Positions 1 to 8,236 of a stretch of 32,000 nucleotides of DNA are shown here, piece by piece. Position 1 is the first letter of the stretch, and each line of letters starts with the position of its first letter. This stretch comes from an uncultured Chloroflexia bacterium (GTDB taxonomy: Bacteria; Chloroflexota; Anaerolineae; Anaerolineales; Anaerolineaceae): contig OY969938.1 of NCBI GenBank assembly GCA_963704755.1, positions 4,770,001-4,802,000 of the forward strand, written 5' to 3'. The position numbers and the translations under genes were made by a program. The notes under the pieces were generated by a model. The model did no database searches and was not told the DNA's origin. It saw only the letters and a list, made by a program, of their open reading frames with translations.

Positions 1-2678
1 TGACCGACTTCGTAGTCGATTCACTGGAAGAAAAAGCCGCACTAAAGACTCTTGAAGCCGCCGAGCAGGTCGTGGTGAATCTGCCTGAAATAAGTGCAGT
101 TCAGCCACAAGCTGCAGCGGAGGCTGCCCAGACTGAAGCGGAGTCCCAGACCGTGCAGATCCGCCGCAGAGTGCCGGTGCCGGTACTGCGACCCAGGTTG
201 GACCTGTGTGTGCCGACCGGGGTGGAATTGAACGAGGGCGACCGGGTGCTCATTTATGCCCGGCGGAGCAAGGTCGCCGATTCACTGGCCCGCCGGCTGC
301 GCGGCCGTAAGGCACAGGCAATTTTGCTCCATCCCGAAACCCTGGCGGCCGGACTGGATAAGGTCCGCACGCTTCAGGCGGAGGGGCCGATCAAAGGGAT
401 CTATTATCTGGCCGGACTGGATGAAGAAACACCTATCGATGATTCGACGGCTGAAGCCTGGACCGGCGCTTTCGAGGAACGGGTGCTCCCGCTGTATCAC
501 CTGCTGAGAGAGGTGCAGGGCGACCCATTCCTGGTGTGCGGTACCCGCCTGGGCGGCCTTTTGGGATATGGCCCGCAGAGGATCCAATCCCCCCTGGGTG
601 GCGCGATTTCCGGCTTCACCAAGGCACTCAAACTCGAACGGCTGGAATCGCTGATCAAGGTAGTCGATTTCGAGGCAGAAACGCCGGATGGGCAAATCGC
701 CGGGCGGCTGCTGGACGAGACTCTGCGAGACCCGGCGATCTATGAAGTTGGTTACGAGGGCGATAAGCGCTTCACCGTCGTGCTGGTGGACCGCGAGGCA
801 GCGGAAGGCAGCTTTGAACTGGGCGAGAAACCGGTATTCCTGGTCAGCGGCGGTTCGGGCGGAATCACCGTCCCAATCGTGGAAGACCTGGCCCGTAAAA
901 CCGGTGGCATTTTCTACCTGCTCGGGCGCAGCCAAATTCAAGAGAAAGTTGATCCCGATCTGCAGCGCGTGCTGGCTGACCGGGAGAGCGTCAAACGATC
1001 ATTGATCGAGCGGGCGGCTACGGCCGGCCAAAAATTGACCCCCTCCCAGATCGACCGGGAACTGTTGGCCCTGGAACGTGCGGCTTCGGCCCTGGACGCC
1101 GTCCGGCGGGTCGAGGCAGCCGGTGGGCAGGCGACTTACCTGTCCTGCGATGTCAGCGATGCGCAGTCGGCCGAACGGGCAGTGGCGCAAATTGTGGCGA
1201 AACACGGGCGAGTGGACGTGCTGCTGCACGCTGCCGGGATCGATCGCAGCCGCAAGCTGGAGAGCAAACCGGAGGATGAATTCCGCATGGTCACGGCCAT
1301 CAAAATGGCCGGGTTGATCCATTTATATAAAGCGATCCAGTCCCAGGGCAGCTTGCCAAAGGCGGTGGTCATGTTTGGCTCGGTGGCCGGGCGGTTTGGC
1401 AACACCGGCCAGACCGATTACGCGGCGGCCAACAGCTTCCTTGCGATGATGGGTTTTGCCTTGCAGCAGGCCCATCCCCAGATGAAAACCGTGGTCATCG
1501 ACTGGAGCGCCTGGGCGGGTGTGGGCATGGCTTCACGCGGCTACATTCCACGCCTGATGGCGCGAGCCGGCGTGGACCTGATCGCAGCGGAGGAAGCCGC
1601 ACCCCTGGTGTACCAGGAACTGACCAATGGAGAGATGAGCGCCGAGGTCGTCCTGGCCGGATCGCTGGGTGTGCTGGAAGGCGATTTGCGCGCAGATGGC
1701 GGCCTGGATCTGGCGGCAGCCAACAAAGCCCTGGTCGATGGCGAGCCGATCCACGTGATGCTCAGCCGGGCGGCTGGCCTCACTCTGCACGATGGTATTT
1801 TGCTGGAAGCCGAGCTGGACCCGAATAGCGAGCCGTTCCTCAAGGACCACGCCATGAACGGCATCCCGCTGCTGCCGGGGGTAATGGGTATCGAAGGTTT
1901 TTCAGTGGCTGCCCGGCACGTTTCTTCTGTGTTGGGTTCACCTGAAGCCGGATTTAGCGTGACCGGCCTGCAGGATGTCCAATTCCTGGCGCCATTCAAG
2001 TTCTACCGCGGAGAGAAACGGCGCATCACCTGGAAAGCCCAGGTCGTACGCGAAAAGGACGGCCTGGTGGGTTACGTCACCCTGGAATCCACCCTGGCGA
2101 TGAAGGTCCGCAAGAACGAGGTGGTCCGGCATTTTTCGGGGAAGGTCCAATTGACGCCGGTGGCTCAAACCCCGCGTGAAAAGACGGTCACCCCTCCAGC
2201 CTGGAACGGCGCTTACACGGTCGGCCGGGAAGACATCTATAAATTGTATTTCCATGGCCCGGCCTTCCAGGTGTTGGAAGGGGTCCAGCGCAGCGGCGAT
2301 ATCGTACTGGGCAAGCTGCGCAAGAATTTGCCGCCGATGACCGGCCACGAGCAGACCATGCTGACCACCCCGGTGCTGGTTGAATTGTGCTTACAAACGG
2401 CCGGAGTGTGGGAGATTGGCGAGACCGGCTCACTGGCGCTGCCGCGCTCGATCGGCGACCTGGACCTGTATCCCTTACAACCCAACGGCGTACCCATTTA
2501 CGCCGAGGTCACCCCACTGCATTTTTCGGATGAGGAGATCCGCTTCGACGCCCGGGTGGTGGATGCCAAAGGGCATCTTTACCTGGAGCTGCGTGACTAC
2601 CGTACCTCGCGGCTGCCTTATTCGGTCGAACCCGAGCTGCTGGCGCCGCTGCGCCAGTTGGTGACAGAGAAAAAATAA
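1..2678 (+). CDS. Type I PKS / PUFA-synthase (PfaA-like) C-terminal part with ketoreductase and PS-type dehydratase domains; 5-prime truncated by the window edge
   Basis: Frame 3 is open from nt 3 with no stop before the GTG at 72, so the CDS enters from upstream. KR motifs: VSGGSGGITVPIVEDLA (Rossmann) and GQTDYAAANSFL. DH motifs: LKDHAMNGIPLLPGVMGIEGF (HxxxGxxxxP) and LYFHGPAFQVL. Stop TAA at 2676-2678. Confidence 0.85.
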   Translation, partial: TDFVVDSLEEKAALKTLEAAEQVVVNLPEISAVQPQAAAEAAQTEAESQTVQIRRRVPVPVLRPRLDLCVPTGVELNEGDRVLIYARRSKVADSLARRLRGRKAQAILLHPETLAAGLDKVRTLQAEGPIKGIYYLAGLDEETPIDDSTAEAWTGAFEERVLPLYHLLREVQGDPFLVCGTRLGGLLGYGPQRIQSPLGGAISGFTKALKLERLESLIKVVDFEAETPDGQIAGRLLDETLRDPAIYEVGYEGDKRFTVVLVDREAAEGSFELGEKPVFLVSGGSGGITVPIVEDLARKTGGIFYLLGRSQIQEKVDPDLQRVLADRESVKRSLIERAATAGQKLTPSQIDRELLALERAASALDAVRRVEAAGGQATYLSCDVSDAQSAERAVAQIVAKHGRVDVLLHAAGIDRSRKLESKPEDEFRMVTAIKMAGLIHLYKAIQSQGSLPKAVVMFGSVAGRFGNTGQTDYAAANSFLAMMGFALQQAHPQMKTVVIDWSAWAGVGMASRGYIPRLMARAGVDLIAAEEAAPLVYQELTNGEMSAEVVLAGSLGVLEGDLRADGGLDLAAANKALVDGEPIHVMLSRAAGLTLHDGILLEAELDPNSEPFLKDHAMNGIPLLPGVMGIEGFSVAARHVSSVLGSPEAGFSVTGLQDVQFLAPFKFYRGEKRRITWKAQVVREKDGLVGYVTLESTLAMKVRKNEVVRHFSGKVQLTPVAQTPREKTVTPPAWNGAYTVGREDIYKLYFHGPAFQVLEGVQRSGDIVLGKLRKNLPPMTGHEQTMLTTPVLVELCLQTAGVWEIGETGSLALPRSIGDLDLYPLQPNGVPIYAEVTPLHFSDEEIRFDARVVDAKGHLYLELRDYRTSRLPYSVEPELLAPLRQLVTEKK

Positions 2679-2692
2679 TACCGGGTAAGGTT

Positions 2693-3438
2693 GTGCCGGC
2701 AGAAATCTTTTGGACCCTGGTTGAAGCTGCCTCCGATGATGAAGGAGGCGGCCGGCCGGGGCCGGATTGGTTGTCCGTGGCCGAAAAGGCGCAGTACGAG
2801 CAACTACGTTTTCCCAAGCGGAAGCAGGAGTGGCTTTCCGGCCGGCTGGCGGCCAAAGCTTGCTGGGCCAGGCGGTGCCCGCGTTGGCCGGGGCCCGGCC
2901 AATTTCGTTCGCGATTGGCAACGAAGCCGAGGGGGCTCCCTATGTCCAGGTTGGCGCCAGGGCCTTACCTGGCTGCTTGAGCCTATCCCACCGGGAAAAC
3001 CGCGCTGCGGCGGCCTGGACGAGCCTGGAGGGCCTTGCGATTGGTATCGACCTGGAGCTGGTCGAACCGCGCCAGCCGGTATTCGTGCAGGATTATTTTA
3101 GCGGAGCGGAAGCCGGTTGGGTGTCGGCTGCGCCAGCGGCTGAACGTGACCGTTTGGTGACGTTAATCTGGAGCGCGAAAGAAGCTGCGCTGAAGGCGCT
3201 GCGCAAAGGGCTGCGCCTGGACACCCGCGCTGTCGAAATACTGCGCATAGCCAACTCAGAGAAGAAAGACGATTGGGAGGAGATCGGGGCGAAAATGACT
3301 ATCCCACCGTATCATTCTTTCCGGATCTGGTACCGGGATGAAGGCCAGTTTGTGCTCACCCTGGCGCTGCTGGGCGGCGAGGGCGAAGTGACCCTCAAAC
3401 GGATTTTTGTTTTTGATAAAAAAAAGGTAACCACTTAG
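2693..3438 (+). pseudogene. 4'-phosphopantetheinyl transferase (Sfp/PfaE-like), split by a 1-nt frameshift near 2855-2857
   Basis: N-terminus is in the frame of ORF 2693..2980 (LSVAEKAQYEQLRFPKRKQEWLSGRLAAK). The rest is in the frame of ORF 2767..3438 (SLLGQAVP...IGIDLELVEP...WSAKEAALKA, classic PPTase motifs). Span is 746 nt, one short of a multiple of 3. One extra A in the AAA run at 2855-2857 would join the two parts as GRLAAK-SLLGQ. Confidence 0.8.
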
Positions 3439-3536
3439 CTATCGTCGGTGAAAAGGGTATTTTTATTATTTTTGCATGCGAAGCATGCAAAAATAATAAA
3501 AATACCCACTCCTTCTGAACCCGCCTGCGCTGTTAC
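3427..3536 (+). repeat. 110-nt palindromic element, copy 1: GTAAC...GTTAC ends, 25-bp perfect core hairpin with GCGAAGC apex
   Basis: Left end gtaaccacttagct is at 3427-3440. Core stem GGGTATTTTTATTATTTTTGCATGC (3455-3479) pairs perfectly with 3483-3507, with loop GAA between. Right end gcctgcgctgttac is at 3523-3536. Sub-part lengths (14/14/53/15/14) match the reverse complement of copy 2 at 12250-12359. Confidence 0.75.
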
Positions 3537-3582
3537 AAAAAGAGGCGGTATGGATGTTTCACGTCCATACCGCCTCTTTTTT
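3537..3582. terminator. Bidirectional intrinsic terminator between the convergent PPTase and pfaD genes
   Basis: Stem agaggcggtatggatgt (3541-3557) pairs with acgtccataccgcctct (3561-3577) with one G:T, loop TTC. It is flanked by an A-run (3537-3540) and a T-run (3577-3582). It starts 7 nt beyond the pfaD stop. Confidence 0.7.
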
Positions 3583-3588
3583 AATCTA

Positions 3589-5247
3589 TTAAGCCAGCGG
3601 CGCAGCCGGGTAATACTGTTCCAGTTCGGCCGGGGTGCGCAGGCCGAAAGCGTTGAGCGTCCGCAGGCGCGAGAGGTAGGCCGCGCCGGTCAGAATTTGC
3701 AGGGCCACGTCCACGGCGTGGCGGTTGGCCGGCTCAGCCAGGTAGGTCCCGTGCACCCATTCGTTGAACACCCCCATAGATGGGCCGCACCAGATCTGGT
3801 AATCCATCTCGCGGCCTGCCTCACCGCTGTTGGACCAGCGCGAGGAGAGCCCCAGGTACCAGCGGAAGATCAGCGCCATTTTTTGGTGCGGGTCGGCTTC
3901 GGCCCGTTCGATCTGGCGCGGGTCGCGCTCGCTGAAAAATTTGACCGTCTCGGCCCAAATGTCATCCATGCCGCGCTTGAATATGGTCCGTTCCAACTTT
4001 TCGCGCTCGTCAGACGGGATCTCCTCGATAGAGGTATAGCGTGTATAGGTTTCGTACAGCTTGAGCGCGCGCATGCCGAACATAGTCCCGCGCTTGAGGA
4101 CCTGTACCCTGACGCCCATCTCGAACATATCCGCTGCCGGGGCCATGATCACATCCGACATCGCGGCCTGGGCCAGCAGGTTACGGGTGTGGTCCGAGGT
4201 ACCCGCCTCGACACAGGCCTGGTTGACCGAGCCGGTGACGATGTAAGCCGCCCCCATGGCAAAGGCCGCATAAGCTGCGCCGGGGGTGCTGATCCCCCCG
4301 CCGGCGCCGATACGGATGGGGCTGGTATATTGGTGCTGAGCTTGAATTTCATCGCGCAGGGCCAGGATCGAGGGCAGCAGGCCGACCAGGGGCCGGTTAT
4401 CGGTGTGTCCGCCCGAATCGGCCTCGACGGTAATGTCGTCGGCCACCGGCACGAAATGGGCCAGTTCAGCCTGGCGGGCGGTAATTTTACCTTCGGCCAG
4501 CAGTTTGTTGAGGATGTCGTCCGGGGCGGGCTGCATGAAACGTTTGGCCACCTCTTTGCGCGACAGCTTGGCGATCAGGCGGTTGCGGGTCAAAATGCGG
4601 CCGTCCGGGGCCTGCTCCAGGCCGGCGACCCGGTAATAGACCAACGGGATGGTCAGGTCCAGGTAAGCCGAGGTCTCGACAATGGTCACACCGAGCTTGA
4701 CGAACAGGTCGGCGGCGTTGCGTTCCATCGCAGGCTCGTTGGGGCTGTTGATCAGGTTGAAGGCGTAAGGCCCATCCGGCAAGGCCGCCTGCACTTCGTG
4801 GATGGCGGCTTCGATGCGCGGCGCGGTCAGGCCGGCCGAACCAAACGAGCCCAGGATGCCGGCTTTGCCTAAGGTGATCACCAGGTTGGTCGAGGCGATG
4901 GCGTTGGCCATAGCGCCGGTGTAATAGGCGTAACGGACGCCATAATATTCGCGGAAAGCCGCATCGCCCAGCGATTCGAGCGCTGCCGGCGGCAAAGCGG
5001 TCAAAAGAGTATAAGGACTGGTTGCGCTGCCGTTGGCGTAGCTCAGCGAGCCTTGACCGGCCAGGCCAATACGCCCGTCAGCCCGGACGGCCCACAATGG
5101 GCGGTTGAGCTGAAGCAGCAATTTGCGGATGCTATCCAGGTCGAAGGCCACCTGGCTCGGATCACCGCTCCAGACCTGCCCGGGGTAAAGGCTTTCGCCA
5201 AAAAATTGTAAGGTTTGTTGGGGGGTTGTCGTCGTAAGGGGATTCAT
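3589..5247 (-). CDS. pfaD: PfaD-family enoyl reductase (FMN-dependent, nitronate-monooxygenase-like trans-ER of PUFA/polyketide synthases)
   Basis: 552-aa ORF. The N-terminal region (WAVRADGRIGLAG...FREYYGVRYAYYTGAMANAIAS...VITLGKAGILGSFGSAGL) and its length are typical of PfaD-family proteins. Confidence 0.88.
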   Translation of the reverse strand: MNPLTTTTPQQTLQFFGESLYPGQVWSGDPSQVAFDLDSIRKLLLQLNRPLWAVRADGRIGLAGQGSLSYANGSATSPYTLLTALPPAALESLGDAAFREYYGVRYAYYTGAMANAIASTNLVITLGKAGILGSFGSAGLTAPRIEAAIHEVQAALPDGPYAFNLINSPNEPAMERNAADLFVKLGVTIVETSAYLDLTIPLVYYRVAGLEQAPDGRILTRNRLIAKLSRKEVAKRFMQPAPDDILNKLLAEGKITARQAELAHFVPVADDITVEADSGGHTDNRPLVGLLPSILALRDEIQAQHQYTSPIRIGAGGGISTPGAAYAAFAMGAAYIVTGSVNQACVEAGTSDHTRNLLAQAAMSDVIMAPAADMFEMGVRVQVLKRGTMFGMRALKLYETYTRYTSIEEIPSDEREKLERTIFKRGMDDIWAETVKFFSERDPRQIERAEADPHQKMALIFRWYLGLSSRWSNSGEAGREMDYQIWCGPSMGVFNEWVHGTYLAEPANRHAVDVALQILTGAAYLSRLRTLNAFGLRTPAELEQYYPAAPLA

Positions 5248-5364
5248 AATTTGTCTTTGGTTAAGGGATTGGAAGCTGCCGCACAGGCTTGCCGCAGCCC
5301 CTCACAGCTTTAACACAAAAATGCAAGCCGGGTTGCGCCGCAATATCCTCAGCCGGCCGGCAGA

Positions 5365-6516
5365 TCAAGGCACCGTTGCCCGGGTCAGCTTGACCGGGAT
5401 GCCGCCATTGTTCAGTGAAATTCCCTTTTCGAAGGTCAGGTGAGTCAGGGTGGCCAGGTGCTCATCGCTGCACAGGTAAGCCACGTTCCAACCCGTGAAG
5501 TGTTCGTTCAACACCTTGCCAAAGGAGGCATACAGGTCTCGCAGGTCCTTGGATGGGCTGACGCGCACACCGTAAGGCGGGTTGCTGACCAGCCAGCCAG
5601 TCCCAGGCGGCGGTAGGATTGACGAGACCGCTTTACGGCTGAACTGGATACCTGCTGCAACCCCGGCTCGTTCAGCGTTTTCGACAGCCATCTGCACCGC
5701 GCCTGCGTCTCGGTCCGAGCCCAGGATCGGTTCGGGCGGGTCGATTTTGCCTTCCATGGCTTTTTGATGGAGGTAATTAAACAGATGGGGCTTATAGCCC
5801 GGCCAGTCCATGAATACGAAACGGCGATTTAAGCCCGGGGGAATGCGCATAGCCAATAAGGCGGCTTCGATCGGGATGGTGCCCGAGCCGCAAAATGGAT
5901 CGATCAGTGGGCTGCGGCCGTCCCAGCCGCTGGCGAGCAGGATACCGGCCGCCAGGTTTTCGCGCAAGGGAGCTTTGGCGCTGGCCAGGCGATACCCACG
6001 CCGGTGCAGGCCCATACCGGAGGTATCGATACTGAGGGTGCATTCATTGTTGACCAGGCGCACCACGATCATGGGTGCGTTGACCTCATCTTCGCTTCCT
6101 TTTTCCAGGGCGGGGAGCTGCCCGAGCCGGTCGCCAATGCCTTCGGCCACACGTTGGGCCACAGCACCGCTGTGATAGAGTCTGGATTGGTGGCAGGTCA
6201 CCCGCAATGCAACTGCCTGGCCGGGTTGGAGAAATTTCTCCCAATCCAGGTTACCTACTTTGCGGCGCAACTCGACAAATTTAGTCGCCTGGAAGCTGCT
6301 AAAACGCAGCAGCACCCGGTTGGCCGTCCGCAGCCAAAGATTGGCACGGTATAACCCTTCCAGGTTAGCCTTGAAGGCTACCCCACCGCTGCCGGGTTGA
6401 ATATGGGCCGGCGCACTGGTAGGTTTCAGCCCTAGGCCGGCCAGTTCGCCGGCAGTATAAACCTCCAGACCGGGCGGCGCGACGGCAAATAAGGAAAAGA
6501 TCGTTTCAGCGGACAT
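5365..6516 (-). CDS. THUMP-domain class I SAM-dependent RNA methyltransferase (RlmL/Trm14-like)
   Basis: 383-aa ORF with SAM-binding DPFCGSGTI and catalytic NPPYGVR motifs, and a THUMP-like N-terminal half. Its start overlaps the upstream YgiQ stop by 11 nt (ATGTCCGCTGA). Confidence 0.8.
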   Translation of the reverse strand: MSAETIFSLFAVAPPGLEVYTAGELAGLGLKPTSAPAHIQPGSGGVAFKANLEGLYRANLWLRTANRVLLRFSSFQATKFVELRRKVGNLDWEKFLQPGQAVALRVTCHQSRLYHSGAVAQRVAEGIGDRLGQLPALEKGSEDEVNAPMIVVRLVNNECTLSIDTSGMGLHRRGYRLASAKAPLRENLAAGILLASGWDGRSPLIDPFCGSGTIPIEAALLAMRIPPGLNRRFVFMDWPGYKPHLFNYLHQKAMEGKIDPPEPILGSDRDAGAVQMAVENAERAGVAAGIQFSRKAVSSILPPPGTGWLVSNPPYGVRVSPSKDLRDLYASFGKVLNEHFTGWNVAYLCSDEHLATLTHLTFEKGISLNNGGIPVKLTRATVP

Positions 6517-8224
6517 GGTCTTTTTTAGGCCTGGGAGCTTCTTTTGAAGTTACGATTTCTTTCTGGCGCTGTTTTCGGGTGATATCTTTTTCGACGAACA
6601 ATTTTTCGCCGGTAAAAGGATCCATGCCGGTGTAATACATCAGGCTGGAATAGGTGGACGGTGTGGGAGTAAAAATCTGCACCTGTTCGGGATGGATCTT
6701 TAATTTCTGGCTGGTAAAACGGCGCAAGGCTTCCATTTCGACCTCGGAACAGCCGGGATAGGCCGCGATCAAATAATAGGTCAGGAATTGGGGTTTGCCG
6801 GCTTCGCAACTCAGCCGGTCGAATTCGGATTTGAAATCGAGCAGCGATTGCACACCAGGTTTCCCCATGCGCCGCAAGACGCTTTCCTCCGTGTGCTCGG
6901 GGGCGACTTTCATTTGTCCGGAGACGTGATGGTGAACGATCTCCCGCAAGTATGACGTTCCGTAAGGCTTGTCGGCCAGGATCAAATCGTAGCGGATGCC
7001 AGAAGCGACAAAAACTTTTTTAACGCCCGGGAGCCGGCGCATTTTTTGGAGCAGATCGATTTGCTGCCTGTGGTCCACTTTGAGCTGATCGCAGACCTGC
7101 GGATAGAGACAGCGTTTTTTCGGGCAGCTTCCGGAGCGCAGTTTTTTGGCGCACTCGTAGCCGTACATATTCGCCGTTGGGCCACCCACGTCCATAATAT
7201 TGCCTTTGAACCGCGGGTGAGCCGCCAGAACTCGCGCTTCGGCCAAAATCAACTCCTGGCTGCGCCAACGGACGGTACGGCCTTCATGGACGGCGATCGC
7301 GCAAAAGTTACATTCTCCGTAACAGCCGCGGTGGGTGCTGATGGCAAATTGAATGGTCTCCAGGGCTTTGACGTCGCCTTGAGCCTGGTAATAGGGGTGC
7401 TGGGCCCGTTCGAAGGGAATGGCGTAATAGCCGTCCAACTCGGCCTGGTCAGGATAGGCGGCCGGCGGGTTCTGGACCAGGTAGCGATCGCCGTGACGCT
7501 GCTGCAGGCCGTGTGCGGTCAGCGGATCGTTATTGCGGTAGAACAGGTGGAACATTTCAGTGAAAGCCTGCGGATCGGCCCGCACAGTGTCGAAGTCAGG
7601 CAGGGTCTGGTAGCCTTCCCTCGGTTCACGGCTGGCATAACACAACCCGCGCACGTCGCGATAATCCTGGCCGGCCTTCAAGCACCCGGCCAGGTCCAGG
7701 ATGGATTTTTCGGCCATACCGTAGATCAACAGGTCGGCTTTGGCGTCGAAGAGCAGTGAAGCGCGCACCCGGTCGGACCAGTAATCGTAATGGGCAACCC
7801 GGCGCAGGCTGGCTTCGATGCCCCCCAACACGATGGGGCGGGTGTTCTTGAAGTTGCGGCGGATAATGTTGGTGTAAACGATGCTGGCCCTGTCCGGCCG
7901 GCGGTTGTTGATCCCACCCGGGGTGTAATCGTCGTTGCGGCGGAATTTGCGGGTGGCCGTGTAATTGGCGACCATCGAATCGACGCTGCCGGCCGTGACA
8001 CCCCAAAACAGGCCTGGCTCTCCCAGGCGGGTAATATCGCCCGGCTGGTTAATGTCTGGTTGGGCGATGATACCGACCCGGTAGCCGGCCTGGTAGAGGA
8101 TTTTGCCGATCAAGGCAGCGCCGATGAACGGGCTGTCGATATAGCTGTCGCCTGTGACCAGGATCACATCGAGCCGATCCCAGCCTAATTTTTTAACTTC
8201 GTCCGCCGTAGTGGGTAAGAACAA
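6506..8224 (-). CDS. YgiQ-family radical SAM protein
   Basis: 572-aa ORF. N-terminus MFLPTTADEVKKLGWDRLDVILVTGDSYIDSPFIG is characteristic of the family. Radical-SAM cluster motif is GCYGECNFCAI. Confidence 0.85.
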   Translation of the reverse strand: MFLPTTADEVKKLGWDRLDVILVTGDSYIDSPFIGAALIGKILYQAGYRVGIIAQPDINQPGDITRLGEPGLFWGVTAGSVDSMVANYTATRKFRRNDDYTPGGINNRRPDRASIVYTNIIRRNFKNTRPIVLGGIEASLRRVAHYDYWSDRVRASLLFDAKADLLIYGMAEKSILDLAGCLKAGQDYRDVRGLCYASREPREGYQTLPDFDTVRADPQAFTEMFHLFYRNNDPLTAHGLQQRHGDRYLVQNPPAAYPDQAELDGYYAIPFERAQHPYYQAQGDVKALETIQFAISTHRGCYGECNFCAIAVHEGRTVRWRSQELILAEARVLAAHPRFKGNIMDVGGPTANMYGYECAKKLRSGSCPKKRCLYPQVCDQLKVDHRQQIDLLQKMRRLPGVKKVFVASGIRYDLILADKPYGTSYLREIVHHHVSGQMKVAPEHTEESVLRRMGKPGVQSLLDFKSEFDRLSCEAGKPQFLTYYLIAAYPGCSEVEMEALRRFTSQKLKIHPEQVQIFTPTPSTYSSLMYYTGMDPFTGEKLFVEKDITRKQRQKEIVTSKEAPRPKKDHVR

Positions 8225-8236
8225 GGCCAGGCCAGG

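Noticed and set aside
2852-2863. Programmed ribosomal frameshifting as the explanation for the five frameshifts
   Set aside because: There are no X XXY YYZ heptamers or prfB-like CUU UGA contexts at any of the sites, and no downstream pseudoknot-like structure. The affected genes are unrelated families not known to use recoding. The A4 site in slyD is the only one where tRNA re-pairing is even possible.
3448-4872. Long antisense ORFs opposite real genes: 3448..4872 (474 aa, opposite pfaD), 8351..9295 (opposite pfkA), 7046..7759, 11021..11722, 17817..18386, 24573..25340, 30358..31269 and 31438..31947
   Set aside because: They overlap strongly supported genes on the other strand and have Arg/Gly/Ala/Pro-rich, low-complexity translations with no recognisable motifs. 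Such shadow ORFs are typical of GC-rich coding DNA.
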